This document shows, in pieces, positions 9,856 to 19,989 of a stretch of 50,976 bases of DNA. Below the pieces are notes generated by a model, which made no database searches, was not told the origin of the DNA, and was given only the letters and a program-made list of their open reading frames with translations. The DNA is taken from positions 1 through 50,976 of the forward strand of contig JBIOXB010000243.1 in assembly GCA_044869275.1 (NCBI GenBank). Reading direction: 5' to 3'. Position numbers and translations under genes: made by a program. Source of the stretch: a bacterium. Its GTDB lineage: Bacteria; Zhuqueibacterota; Zhuqueibacteria; Zhuqueibacterales; Zhuqueibacteraceae. Position 1 is the first letter of the stretch. Each line of letters opens with the position of its first letter.

Positions 9856-11361
9856 CTACTTTCGCAAGTGGCTCCTCCAGAAGCCGTAGGAGAAATACAA
9901 AGCCAGTCCCGCCAGCAGCCACAGTCCGAAGCGCACCCAAGTGATCCAGGGCAGGCCCGCCATCAAATAAACGCAGGAGAGGATGCCGAGAATGGGAACC
10001 AGCGGCACGAACGGCGTTTTGAAAGCGCGCGGGCGGTTGGGATCCTTGCGGCGCAAAATGATGATGCCGGCGCAAACCAGCACGAAGGCGAACAACGTTC
10101 CAATGTTGGTGAGCTCCACGATTTCATTGATGTTTGCCACGGCAGAGATCAAGGCCACGACGACGCCGGTCCAAATCGTGGTGACGTGGGGAGTTTTGTA
10201 CTTGGGATGAACTTTTGCGAAGACGGGAGGAAGAAGCCCGTCGCGTGACATGGAAAAGAAGATGCGGGGCTGGCCGTATTGAAACACCAGCAACACCGCG
10301 GTCATGGAAACCACCGCGCCGAATGAGACGATGCCGGCGGCGACATCGGAATGGACGTATGCAAAAGCGGCGGCCAGCGGATCGGCAACACCGAGCTGGT
10401 GCCAGGGCACCATGCCGGTGAGCACGGCGGCCACAGCGACGTAAATCAGCGTGCAGAGCACGAGCGAGCCGATGATTCCGATCGGCATGTCGCGGCCGGG
10501 TTTTTTGCATTCCTCCGCGGCGCAGGAAATCGCATCGAAGCCGATGTACGCGAAAAAGATCAGGCTCGCGCCCACCCACACGCCGGAAAAACCGTTGGGC
10601 ATGAAGGGCGACCAATTCTCCGGCTTTACGAATTTCATGCCAGCAAAAATGAAGAAAGCGAGAACGACGAGCTTGATCGCCACCATGATATTGTTGACGC
10701 GCGCGGATTCTTTGGTGCCCCTGACGAGCAGCCAGGTGATCAACGCCACGATGGCCACGGCGAGCAGATTGAAGATAATGTGAATGCCGAAGAGCTGCGG
10801 AGCGTTTTGCCATGCTTCGAAATTAAAAGCGAGGGCGGGATCGACCTGACCGCTGGCATTGGCAACTGCGGCCGCCGCTTGCGCCGCGGATCGATAATCC
10901 ACCGACAGCCATGCGGGAATATGCCAGCCCAAGCCCTCGCACATTTGATGAAAATAAGCCGCCCAGCCGATGGCGACCGCGACATTGCCCACCGCATACT
11001 CGATGATTAAATCCCAGCCGATGATCCATGCGACAAGTTCGCCGAGGGTGGCATACGAATAAGTATAAGCGCTGCCGGCAATGGGCACCAGCGAAGCAAA
11101 TTCCGCATAACACAAACCCGCAAAGGCGCAGGCAATTGCCGTGAGCACGAACGACAGCACAATCGCCGGGCCGGCGCCGGGACGAACGGCGTCACCCGCG
11201 ACCGCCGTGCCGATGATGGCGAAAATCCCGGTGCCGATGATCGCGCCAATGCCCAGTGCGATCAAATCCACCGGCCCAAGAGAGCGCTTGAGCCTGTTCT
11301 CTTCTGAAACTTCAGCGTCTTGTTGCAACTGGTCGAGGTTCTTGGTGTGGAAAATGTGCAT
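9856..11361 (-). CDS. APC-superfamily amino acid permease (CAT family)
   Basis: GIGAIIGTGIF, GSAYTYSY, FFAYIGFD, TNIGTLFAF; RBS GAGGAG 7 nt before the ATG at 11361. Confidence 0.93.
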   Translation of the reverse strand: MHIFHTKNLDQLQQDAEVSEENRLKRSLGPVDLIALGIGAIIGTGIFAIIGTAVAGDAVRPGAGPAIVLSFVLTAIACAFAGLCYAEFASLVPIAGSAYTYSYATLGELVAWIIGWDLIIEYAVGNVAVAIGWAAYFHQMCEGLGWHIPAWLSVDYRSAAQAAAAVANASGQVDPALAFNFEAWQNAPQLFGIHIIFNLLAVAIVALITWLLVRGTKESARVNNIMVAIKLVVLAFFIFAGMKFVKPENWSPFMPNGFSGVWVGASLIFFAYIGFDAISCAAEECKKPGRDMPIGIIGSLVLCTLIYVAVAAVLTGMVPWHQLGVADPLAAAFAYVHSDVAAGIVSFGAVVSMTAVLLVFQYGQPRIFFSMSRDGLLPPVFAKVHPKYKTPHVTTIWTGVVVALISAVANINEIVELTNIGTLFAFVLVCAGIIILRRKDPNRPRAFKTPFVPLVPILGILSCVYLMAGLPWITWVRFGLWLLAGLALYFSYGFWRSHLRK

Positions 11362-11458
11362 GCTCATGCTCCTCGCAGGTGAGTGCATTGCCGGCAGAAC
11401 TGAGTAAAATGCCTGTTTATACACGAAAAATTGCACAGTTGCAACATCAAAATTGCGC

Positions 11459-11496
11459 AAAAAAAATGCGGCGCCTCCGTTGCAGCGGGGCGCCGC
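11459..11496 (-). terminator. Rho-independent terminator after hppA
   Basis: GCGGCGCC...GGCGCCGC stem followed by a T-run on the minus strand. Confidence 0.7.
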
Positions 11497-11605
11497 GAAA
11501 GATAGCCACCGTCATTCTGAAAGAAGCCGGAAGCGCCGCACGCGACAATCAATCCTCACGCGCCGTGCTTAAAATAATTCCTTCAGACTGACCTGCTGTG
11601 AAAGA

Positions 11606-13747
11606 TCAAATAAAAAATGGCGCCAGCACCAGCGTAATGGTGCTAAGCAATTTGATCACCACGTGCAGGGAGGGGCCGGCCGTGTCCTTGAAGGGGTCGC
11701 CGACAGTGTCGCCGACGACGGCGGCCTTGTGCGCGTCCGAGCCCTTGCCGCCGTAGGCGCCAGTTTCGATATATTTTTTCGCATTGTCCCAAGCGCCGCC
11801 GCCGTTGTTGAGCATGGTGGCGACCAAAATGCCTGCCATGGTTCCGACCATTAGCATGGCCGCGACCGCCTCCGCGCCGACGCCGAATTGCTTGAAAACC
11901 AGGCCCACGATGATGGGCATGCTGATCGTCAAAATACCGGGCCATACCATTTGCTTCAAAGCCCCGGCCGTGACAATATCAACGCACTGGCGATAGGAAG
12001 GCTTGGCCGTGCCTTTCAGAATTCCAGGATTCTCACGGAATTGGCGGCGCACTTCGTTAATGACGTAATATGCGGCCTTGCCGACGGCGCGAATGGCCAA
12101 TGCTGCGAACAAGAAAATCAGCATCGCGCCCAGCAAACCGCCGACGAAAATTTCGGGTCTGGCAATATCGACCGCGGCCACGGGGTGGCCAAAATTCTTC
12201 ACTTCATCCAAATAAGCGGAAAACAGCAGGAAGGCGGCGAGCGCCGCGCTGCCGATGGCATAGCCCTTCGTCAACGCTTTGGTGGTGTTGCCCACCGCGT
12301 CGAGGCGGTCGGTTTTTTGGCGAACTTCTTCTGGCTGCTGGCTCATTTCAATGATGCCGCCGGCATTGTCGGCGATCGGGCCAAAGGTGTCCATCGCGAG
12401 AATGTAGGCGGCGGTGCCGAGCATGCCCATGGTCGCGACCGCAGTGCCGAACAAGCCGGCATTGGCCAGACCGCTGCCTTGGCCGAGATAGTACGACGAT
12501 ATGATGGCTCCCGAAATCACCAGCACCGGCAGCGCAGTGCATTCCATCGCGACGGCAAAACCGGAAATGATGGTCGTGGCTGGGCCGGTTTGTGAAGCCT
12601 CAGCAATTTCTTTCACCGGGCGATATTTGTATTCGGTGTAATATTGTGTGATATATACAAACGCCATGGCGGTGGCCAGGCCGATCAGACCGCACAGCCA
12701 GAAATGCCACCAAGCATTGGGCGCTTGCGCGGAATTGAGCAGCCAATAGCAGCCGACACCGAAGCCCAATGCCGCCAGGAGGGTGGTGACATAGTAACCG
12801 CGATTGAGCGCTTGCATGGGGTCGCCATCTTCGCGCGTCCGCACTACCATGATGCCGAGAATGGAGGCAATCAAGCCCAGCGCGCGCGCGACCAGGGGAA
12901 ACATCATGACGCCGATCACCCCGGCGGCGAAGGTAATGTTGTTGGCCTCGGCGTGCGTTGCCAGGGTTGCGCCTAGAATCATGGCCCCGATGTTTTCAGC
13001 GGCCGTGGATTCGAACAAATCGGCGCCGCGGCCGGCGCAATCGCCGACGTTGTCGCCCACGAGATCCGCAATGACCGCCGGGTTGCGGGGATCATCTTCC
13101 GGAATACCGGCTTCAACCTTTCCGACCAAATCCGCGCCGACATCTGCGGCCTTGGTGTAAATGCCGCCGCCAAGCTGCGCAAATAGCGCCACAAAGCTGG
13201 CGCCGAAACCGTATCCCACGATGAGGAAGGGGATATCTTTGGCGAGCACGCCTGCTGTTTTCAAAATCGCGAACAAGCCGCCCACACCGAGCAGGCTCAT
13301 GGCCACAACGAACAAGCCGGAAACCGCGCCGCCGCGCAAGGCGATTTGCAGACCGCGATTCAAACTGGTGCGCGAGGCCGAGGCCGTGCGAATGTTGGCA
13401 CGAATGGAAACGAACATGCCGATGTAACCGGCGATGCCCGAACAAATGGCGCCTAAAATGAACGAGCCGGAGACATAAAGCGCGAGCATGCCCGTGGACA
13501 CCGGGTCGTGCTCCGTGCCCGGACGGATGAAGGCATAAAGCACGTACAGTACCGCTGTGACCGGAATCGTCAGCGTAGCGATGGTTTTATATTGGCGCGA
13601 GAGAAAAGCTTCCGCGCCCTCGCGAATGGCGTCCGCGATCTCGCGCATTTGCGGTGTGCCGTCGTCGTTTTTCAGCACCCATTTGGCGAGATAGCCTGCA
13701 AAAACCAGCGCGAAAATGCTGCAGCCCAATGTAAGAGTGAGTTCCAC
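11606..13747 (-). CDS. hppA: Membrane-bound ion-pumping pyrophosphatase, K+-independent H+-PPase type
   Basis: DVGADLVGKVE, DLVGDNVGD, GDTVGDPFKD motifs; GNTTKA carries the Lys that marks K+-independent enzymes; GTG start with AGGAGA RBS. Confidence 0.95.
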   Translation of the reverse strand: MELTLTLGCSIFALVFAGYLAKWVLKNDDGTPQMREIADAIREGAEAFLSRQYKTIATLTIPVTAVLYVLYAFIRPGTEHDPVSTGMLALYVSGSFILGAICSGIAGYIGMFVSIRANIRTASASRTSLNRGLQIALRGGAVSGLFVVAMSLLGVGGLFAILKTAGVLAKDIPFLIVGYGFGASFVALFAQLGGGIYTKAADVGADLVGKVEAGIPEDDPRNPAVIADLVGDNVGDCAGRGADLFESTAAENIGAMILGATLATHAEANNITFAAGVIGVMMFPLVARALGLIASILGIMVVRTREDGDPMQALNRGYYVTTLLAALGFGVGCYWLLNSAQAPNAWWHFWLCGLIGLATAMAFVYITQYYTEYKYRPVKEIAEASQTGPATTIISGFAVAMECTALPVLVISGAIISSYYLGQGSGLANAGLFGTAVATMGMLGTAAYILAMDTFGPIADNAGGIIEMSQQPEEVRQKTDRLDAVGNTTKALTKGYAIGSAALAAFLLFSAYLDEVKNFGHPVAAVDIARPEIFVGGLLGAMLIFLFAALAIRAVGKAAYYVINEVRRQFRENPGILKGTAKPSYRQCVDIVTAGALKQMVWPGILTISMPIIVGLVFKQFGVGAEAVAAMLMVGTMAGILVATMLNNGGGAWDNAKKYIETGAYGGKGSDAHKAAVVGDTVGDPFKDTAGPSLHVVIKLLSTITLVLAPFFI

Positions 13748-14321
13748 AAGTTCTCCTGCGTTTAATGATTGAGCACGGGCATGAACAAGAGCAAGCTTTC
13801 TGCCCCAATTTCAATTGCAATCAACAACGGGTTTGATCCAACAAAGATCCCTGCCCGACCGGGAATCGAGTGATCGGCAGTCAGCAGACGAGGATAGGCC
13901 CATCATATTTTTATTTTTCGAACTGCCGGAAAAAAGAAGTTTTGCCTTGAATCGCTTACAGCGGGATGGATGACCAGACGTGGCGGCAGCACATGCGCTG
14001 CTCCAGGTGTGGGGAAGCCCTGCACATTTCCTCCTTCAGAATTGAGGTTGTATCCGAGATGTTTATGGCTAAAACATTCGATGCTAATTCTTACTCACGC
14101 TTCGTGAACAACAAACAAGAGCAGAAGCATGGGCAAGAAATCAATCATAAAAAGTCGAAGCGCGTTTTCTTTACTTACCTATATTTGGCGCGCCAAAACA
14201 TCGGAAAATATAACCTCTAATTGCTATTTTTACAAGCCCTTTTTCCGTAAAAAGGGGTTCTGTAACTCCAACATGAACGGATTATATACTGACATTCAGG
14301 CAGATTCGCAGCTTGCAAAAC

Positions 14322-14353
14322 AAAAAAAGCCAAGCTTATGGAAGCTCGGCTTT
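14322..14353 (-). terminator. Rho-independent terminator closing the exb/ton operon
   Basis: Minus strand AAAGCCGAGCTT-ccat-AAGCTTGGC followed by a T7 run. Confidence 0.75.
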
Positions 14354-14390
14354 AAGAGTCGAAACAATTCTAGTCGCGTTACTCGTATCC

Positions 14391-15431
14391 TTACTTGACC
14401 TGCAACGAAGCCACAGTTTTTTCAAATGCCGGCAGGAAATCGTCGCGCATCGGGGTGTAAAAGTTCATAATGATGCGATAGACCTTGTCATTCTTGACCA
14501 TGAAATAGACGCGGCTGCTGACGTCCTTTGCCGGAGTGTAATTGAGATACATGCCTTTTTCACCGGATAACGTGGTGGCTCTGGGAGCACTGGCGCCACG
14601 GAATTTGCCCGCGTTTTGCTCGACAACTTTTTCAACGGCCAGTCCCTTGGCTGGCAAGATGTCGATGCGAATCGTGCAATCCTGGCGGTAGCCTTTCAGC
14701 TCCAGCGAGAATTGCATCTCTCCTTTGGGCGCCGGCGTCCCGGGCTCGAAGTTGGCAGGATAAGAAATGCGCAAAAACTTGTTCTCGAACTCGGTGAAAT
14801 CCGGTGAAGGCAAAGAGGGATCGGCCGAGGAAACCGCGGCCACGGCCCTGGGCAAGCGCGACGTGGCGACCAGCGTATCGAACACCACGCGATAGGGCGT
14901 GAACATTTCGTTCAACGCCGAATACTTGATGGAATATTTCACCGAGTCTTTGAGGGCGACGGCTTCCAGCACGGAAATATAGGTTTTTTCCGTGAGCCGG
15001 CCGCGATAATTCAGCACGCTCGCGGCTGTGCCGTCGATCGTGCGCGTTTCCGCGGGGTTGACTTCATAATTGGATTCCGTCAAGCCTTTCTGCATGCTTT
15101 GCAGGAGTGCTTCCAGCGTCTGCGGCTGGGCGGAATCCAGCTTAGCATAGGAAACGACGAATTCCACGCCTTCCACCTGTTCGAAAAATTTCTGCACCGC
15201 ATCTTGTGAGGGATACAGGCTCACTTTCCCACCTTCAGCTGAGGCGTACCAGCCCTGCGGATAAGTGAATTGTACTTTGAAATAAGGGTCTTGATATTTT
15301 TGCCAGCCGGTGATGGGTGCAACTTTGGGTTTTTGCTGGCAGGCTTGCAGCGCAAAGAGGACCAGCGCCAAGGCGCCGGCAAGCCGGGACAAATTTTTCG
15401 GGGAGAAACGAGCATAAAGCGGACGTTGCAT
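14391..15431 (-). CDS. Lipoprotein with two PsbP/Mog1-like domains
   Basis: Lipobox LQAC; two similar modules (FTYPQGW...DGTAA...FDTLVATS and ISYPANF...SGEKG...FEKTVASL). Confidence 0.65.
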   Translation of the reverse strand: MQRPLYARFSPKNLSRLAGALALVLFALQACQQKPKVAPITGWQKYQDPYFKVQFTYPQGWYASAEGGKVSLYPSQDAVQKFFEQVEGVEFVVSYAKLDSAQPQTLEALLQSMQKGLTESNYEVNPAETRTIDGTAASVLNYRGRLTEKTYISVLEAVALKDSVKYSIKYSALNEMFTPYRVVFDTLVATSRLPRAVAAVSSADPSLPSPDFTEFENKFLRISYPANFEPGTPAPKGEMQFSLELKGYRQDCTIRIDILPAKGLAVEKVVEQNAGKFRGASAPRATTLSGEKGMYLNYTPAKDVSSRVYFMVKNDKVYRIIMNFYTPMRDDFLPAFEKTVASLQVK

Positions 15432-15605
15432 AAACCACCCTCCTCCTCAAGAGTTATGGCATTGGTCAGTTAAGAAACTAGGTTGAGGCTTCCGTGAGCG
15501 GAATACCTCTTTGTCATTCGCCAGAGATCTGGCGAGCATGAGCACGGGGTGCCTGTGCGCCACGGAGTTCTTTCAGAGTGACACTCGTTCGGAGCCGAAC
15601 CGCAA

Positions 15606-17270
15606 TCATTGCACCCCCATTTCTTTGAGCTTTTCCATATCCTCTTTCGCCGTTTTATTTCTGGGATCGAGCCGCAAGACGACTTTGTATTCTTTGAGGG
15701 CATCATCGTTTCGCTTGAGGCTCCAAAGCGTTTGCGCGCGCCACAGCCGCGTTTGCGGGTCGTCGTCTTTCAAGCGAATCGCGGTATTGAGCTCATCCAA
15801 GGCCGCTTCGAGCTTCTTGTCGATCAAATGATTGACGCCAATGATGCCATGCGCTTCCGCCAGTTCGACACGATATTTGACGACGGCCGTATCTGCGAGC
15901 TGCACCACCTTTTCATAAACTCGGGCCGCCCTTTTCAACGAATCGATTTGGCTATAGGTGCGCGCGAGCGCCACTTGCCCGGGGATGTAATCCGGCCGCA
16001 GCGACGTCACTTTCAGCAGGGCAATGCGCGCCGAATCCCAGCGGCCCAAGGCCATGGCGGAAAGGGCGTAGTTGATGTAAGCCGTGGTGGCATTCGGGTC
16101 GCGCTTGAAGCGCTGCTCGAACATGGCCGTGGCTTTGTGATACTTGCGCGAGCGCATGTAAATCGTGCCCAGGTCGTTGTACAAATCAGTTTGCGAAGTA
16201 TCGCTGCGCAGCACCTTTTCGAGCGTGATGGCGGCGAGCGAATCTTGCTTGTTGGCAGCGTACGCCTTGCCCAGGCGCTTTTCGTTCTCGAGGCCCAAGG
16301 TGTCGATCTTGGCGAGTTGCTGGTAAGTCTGGACCGCCTTGTCGTATTCTTTGAGCTCATACTGTGCGTGCGCGATCACTGCCAGCGCCTTTTTCGAGTT
16401 CGGCTCGTTTTGCCGTACTTTCTCGGCCGCGTCCCGGGCGTCCTTGTACTGCTTGTTCATGTACAATGATTCCATATACAACGCCCAGCCCTCTGCGGAA
16501 GCCGGAAAGCGTTTCACATAAGTCTGAAAAACCCGGCTGGCGTTGCCGTATTGTTTGGCTTGAAAATAAAGCCGGCCCAGGGTGAAAAGGACTTCGCTAT
16601 TCGTCGTGTCCAATTGCGCGACTTTGAAGTAAGTCATCGCCGCCTTGGTGTACTGCCGTTCGCGATGATATGTGCGCGCGAGCTTTTCGAGCAAATTGGA
16701 GTTGGTCGAATCCATCTTGGTGTAGCTTTCATACTGCAGAATTGCCATGCCGGCGCTGCCCATTTTGAGGTAGGCATCGCCCAACCCTTCGAATGGCGCC
16801 GCATACTTGGTATTCGCTTCTTTGGCTTGAGAAAAAGCCACCACCGCCTGGTTGGTCGAATCCATTGCGAGATAGAGCAGGCCAAACTGGTGGAGCACCT
16901 CCGCATTGTTTTTCGTCGATTGCCTGCCCTTGGTCAGAATTTCATGCGCTTCTTTGTTGTCTTTTTTTGCCATGTAGCTGCGCGCCAGAATGACGTAGCC
17001 GGCGGGACTTTTGCCGTCTTCGTCGCGTAACCTTTGCCCCAGCGCAAGGGCGGAATCCGGCAGCTTCAGGCCGATAAAAGCATCCGCCATCAGATAATAG
17101 GCCTCATTCGTGCGCGAAGCAGGCTTAGCAATAATTGTCCGCAGCTCGCTCAAAGCGTCCTGAAACTTGCCTTGATGTATCAACTGCCGGCTCTTGTTGA
17201 GTTGCGGTTGGCCCCAGACGGGCAGCACCGTGAGCATTGCGAGCGCGATCAAGAGGAGTTTGATTTTCAT
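15606..17270 (-). CDS. Exported tetratricopeptide-repeat protein
   Basis: Signal peptide MKIKLLLIALAMLTVLPVWG followed by continuous TPR-pattern helices. Confidence 0.88.
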   Translation of the reverse strand: MKIKLLLIALAMLTVLPVWGQPQLNKSRQLIHQGKFQDALSELRTIIAKPASRTNEAYYLMADAFIGLKLPDSALALGQRLRDEDGKSPAGYVILARSYMAKKDNKEAHEILTKGRQSTKNNAEVLHQFGLLYLAMDSTNQAVVAFSQAKEANTKYAAPFEGLGDAYLKMGSAGMAILQYESYTKMDSTNSNLLEKLARTYHRERQYTKAAMTYFKVAQLDTTNSEVLFTLGRLYFQAKQYGNASRVFQTYVKRFPASAEGWALYMESLYMNKQYKDARDAAEKVRQNEPNSKKALAVIAHAQYELKEYDKAVQTYQQLAKIDTLGLENEKRLGKAYAANKQDSLAAITLEKVLRSDTSQTDLYNDLGTIYMRSRKYHKATAMFEQRFKRDPNATTAYINYALSAMALGRWDSARIALLKVTSLRPDYIPGQVALARTYSQIDSLKRAARVYEKVVQLADTAVVKYRVELAEAHGIIGVNHLIDKKLEAALDELNTAIRLKDDDPQTRLWRAQTLWSLKRNDDALKEYKVVLRLDPRNKTAKEDMEKLKEMGVQ

Positions 17271-17277
17271 CGTCAAT

Positions 17278-18264
17278 TCAGTTCTCGTTGATTTGAACCA
17301 ATCGCACCGGCATCGTGGCCGGAACCAACTTCGCATCCAGTATGATTTTCTGTCCGGGGGCGCGAGCCACAAAGGCTGTGAATCCCGACGCCAGACTGCC
17401 CAGTTCTGCGGTCATATAAGTGTACACGGGGAAATGCAGGGGATACCAACCGCGATAGACATTGGCTTGATGCAGCTTCACGAAAGGTTGCTTGACTGAA
17501 GTATCGCTCGGGGCGAGCGCCAGTGTGCGCACCGTGGGAATGGAATCTTGTAAAGCCGCGACGGAAACGACGCCAATGGCACGTGGATGGGTACTGACAT
17601 AATCCACAACTTGGCGCTGCCGCTCCGCCACGAAAGCCAGCGGCGGTTCGCTCTCGAGGCGCAAAAAGCCGTGGACGAGCAATTCATATGCGCCCGAGTT
17701 TCGTCCGGTAAGCACAACTTCAATGCTTCCCGGCCAATTCAACTCCGAGACTTCCCGCCAGGAAGTCTTTCGTCCACCAATGATTTCCGCCAGTTCGCCC
17801 AAGGTGAGATGTTGCAGAGGATTTTGCGTGTGCACGATGATCCCCAGGGCATCCTCCGCAATTTTGGTCTCAGTGATTCTTAACTTGGCGGCTTGTGCCA
17901 CTGCCTGTTCTTCGGCGTTGAGCTTGCGGTCGACGCAAATTACGCCCACGCTGTCAATCAATAGCGCTACAATCGCTTCGCGCGTGGAGACCGGAATGAT
18001 GGTGATATGGGCTTCAGCATACAAGCGTTGAAACGCCAGGGCTTCTTTTTCCATAATCCAGGTGTGCGATTCCGAAACCGCCATCCGCATGTTGCCGCGG
18101 GTCGGCGTTTCCTCTTCCGGATTCTCGCAGCCGAGCATGCTCGCACATACCAGCACACCCGCGAGTAGGAGCCCGGTGCACGCGAGGCCTTGGTACAAGC
18201 AATAAAGATCCCGGCGCCACGGCCCTTGGCGGTCCGGGAGCATCATGTTGAAAAGCCTAGACAT
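17278..18264 (-). CDS. PstS/PBP_like substrate-binding lipoprotein
   Basis: Lipobox MLGC; IAEDALGIIVH.QNPLQHLT, GRNSGAY, HPRAIG and YRGWYPL segments typical of the PBP_like_2 fold. Confidence 0.85.
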   Translation of the reverse strand: MSRLFNMMLPDRQGPWRRDLYCLYQGLACTGLLLAGVLVCASMLGCENPEEETPTRGNMRMAVSESHTWIMEKEALAFQRLYAEAHITIIPVSTREAIVALLIDSVGVICVDRKLNAEEQAVAQAAKLRITETKIAEDALGIIVHTQNPLQHLTLGELAEIIGGRKTSWREVSELNWPGSIEVVLTGRNSGAYELLVHGFLRLESEPPLAFVAERQRQVVDYVSTHPRAIGVVSVAALQDSIPTVRTLALAPSDTSVKQPFVKLHQANVYRGWYPLHFPVYTYMTAELGSLASGFTAFVARAPGQKIILDAKLVPATMPVRLVQINEN

Positions 18265-18463
18265 CCTTTGATCTCGAACTTCGCATCATGGTCGTTGCCA
18301 GCCGGTATATGCCCATCAACACCAACACGGTTGCCAGCGTGTAGCGAAATTGTGCCGGCACGGGATCTTTCAACATCACACCGGCAAAGATCAAAACGCC
18401 CAGGCTTATGGTAAGAATTCCCAAAACATAACGCAAGATTTTAAATATGTCGCGTGACGGCAT
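18257..18463 (-). CDS. Small two-TM membrane protein (68 aa)
   Basis: Two hydrophobic helices; starts 1 nt after the tonB stop and overlaps the next start codon. Confidence 0.75.
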   Translation of the reverse strand: MPSRDIFKILRYVLGILTISLGVLIFAGVMLKDPVPAQFRYTLATVLVLMGIYRLATTMMRSSRSKDV

Positions 18464-18464
18464 G

Positions 18465-19214
18465 TCACTTGGTGTTCAGCTTGAATTTAAAGGGCATGGC
18501 CACCCAGACCGAAACCGGGTTGCCGCCCTGCACCGCCGGCGTGAAGACCATCTGCTGCGCCGCTTCGATCGCCGGCTGGCTGAAGATCTCCGCATCACTC
18601 TTTAGAATCTCGACCTTTCGAACTTTGCCTTCCTTGTCCACCCACACGCGCACCAGCACCGTGCCTTCCATGCCGGCACGGCGCGCCAGCTCGGGATATT
18701 TGGGCTGGACTTGTTTGACGACCTCGGGCGGTTTTTCAAAGGGCACAAAGTCCGGCGGCGGACCGTCTTCTTCGATCTGCAGGTCCTGCTCGATTACCGG
18801 TTCGCCGGCGCCGGCAGCGTCGCCTTCGCCGGTTGCAACGGCTTGCGCCATTTCAGTCTGCGTGGCGATGGTTTGTTCGGGGTTGATTTCAGCATCAGGA
18901 ACCGGCACGGGAACACCCACGCTGGGCCGCACGGTAGGCGCGGACACGGCGATGGCAGGGGCGGCATTGGTGTTGGTGAGCGAAGGCGGCGGACCCAGCT
19001 CGCTGTATTTCATGATGCGCACCATGCGCGCGGGCGGCGGTTCTTCGGAAATGATTCCCAATTTACGCAGCCAGTCGGGCGCGTGATACGAGGCGATGCC
19101 GAGCAAATGAATGAGGGCCGCGATGATGAGTCCGCGCGTCATGAATTTTTGGTAATTCTGCTTGAGCTCGGGCGCCCCGTATGGGAAATAAGAGAAGAGC
19201 GCAAGTTCGGACAT
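18465..19214 (-). CDS. tonB: TonB-family energy transducer
   Basis: N-terminal YGAPELKQNY plus TM helix with His, Pro-rich linker, TonB_C domain (PKYPELARRAGMEGTVLVRVWVDKEGKV). Confidence 0.92.
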   Translation of the reverse strand: MSELALFSYFPYGAPELKQNYQKFMTRGLIIAALIHLLGIASYHAPDWLRKLGIISEEPPPARMVRIMKYSELGPPPSLTNTNAAPAIAVSAPTVRPSVGVPVPVPDAEINPEQTIATQTEMAQAVATGEGDAAGAGEPVIEQDLQIEEDGPPPDFVPFEKPPEVVKQVQPKYPELARRAGMEGTVLVRVWVDKEGKVRKVEILKSDAEIFSQPAIEAAQQMVFTPAVQGGNPVSVWVAMPFKFKLNTK

Positions 19215-19373
19215 GATCTTTCTCCTACTGGCCTGCGCCAGTCAGATTGACATTTCACATGAACAGGACTTTCCGTCGGAATCTATTTGAACGAAGATCA
19301 GTGCGCTGGATTTGGGCGCCTGGTTCCGAGGCCAATAGATTCTTCCAGAATGGCATGTTGAGAATGGAAATCC

Positions 19374-19874
19374 TCATGCCGCGCCGGCTTTTTTCAAAAC
19401 CTCCTTGTCGGCGTCGGTCATAGGTGCGAGGCTGAACCGCGTGATGTTGGCCAGGTTCAGCTCGTCCATAATATCGACCATCATTTTGTAGGTACCTTCG
19501 CGGTCGACTTTGATCAAGGTAATCAGCTTGGGATTCGCGGCGTTGCGCTCCAGCATCAGTGCGCGCAGCTTGTCAAACGGCACGTGCTGCGGCGGCTCGG
19601 TTCCCAAGCTCCAATAGATGTTGCCGCTCGGCAGCACCCGCAAGGTGAGCAGGTTGGATTCCGCCACTTCCACTGTGGTCTCTTCCGGCGGCAGATTGAT
19701 CTCCATGGTTTGCGGCTTGCTGAAGACGGTGGTGAGCATAAAGAAGGTCAACAACAGGAAAGCGACATCGACCATGGGGGTCATGTCCACACGGACACCG
19801 ACGCGGCGTTTCTTTTTATGCTTCTTTGCGGCCTTGCCGGCGCTGCGCGATTGGCCAGTTTCAACGGCTGCCAT
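19374..19874 (-). CDS. exbD: ExbD/TolR-family protein
   Basis: DMTPMVDVAFLLLTFFMLTT with the conserved TM Asp. Confidence 0.92.
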   Translation of the reverse strand: MAAVETGQSRSAGKAAKKHKKKRRVGVRVDMTPMVDVAFLLLTFFMLTTVFSKPQTMEINLPPEETTVEVAESNLLTLRVLPSGNIYWSLGTEPPQHVPFDKLRALMLERNAANPKLITLIKVDREGTYKMMVDIMDELNLANITRFSLAPMTDADKEVLKKAGAA

Positions 19875-19920
19875 GAAAACACTCCTTTGAGCTTTTGATC
19901 TCTTCGCGGGAAAAGCGCTT

Positions 19921-19970
19921 TTTACACTTCACGTTTTACGCCTTGCGGCAGGTAAGGTGTGAAGCGTAAC
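19921..19970. repeat. Imperfect inverted repeat of TTTACAC-like heptamers between the exbD genes
   Basis: TTTACACTTCACGTTTTACGC ... GTAAGGTGTGAAGCGTAA; same unit family as 48147-48203. Confidence 0.55.
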
Positions 19971-19989
19971 TACCGAAGCGTGCGCCACG

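Noticed and set aside
13956..14027. 23-aa Cys-rich minus-strand uORF upstream of hppA behind GAAGGAGG
   Set aside because: SD-to-ATG spacing is only 2 nt and no attenuator structure is visible; it cannot be supported without conservation data.
15475..15600. Degenerate REP-like sequence between the TPR and PsbP-like genes
   Set aside because: The arms are too degraded to define with confidence by eye.
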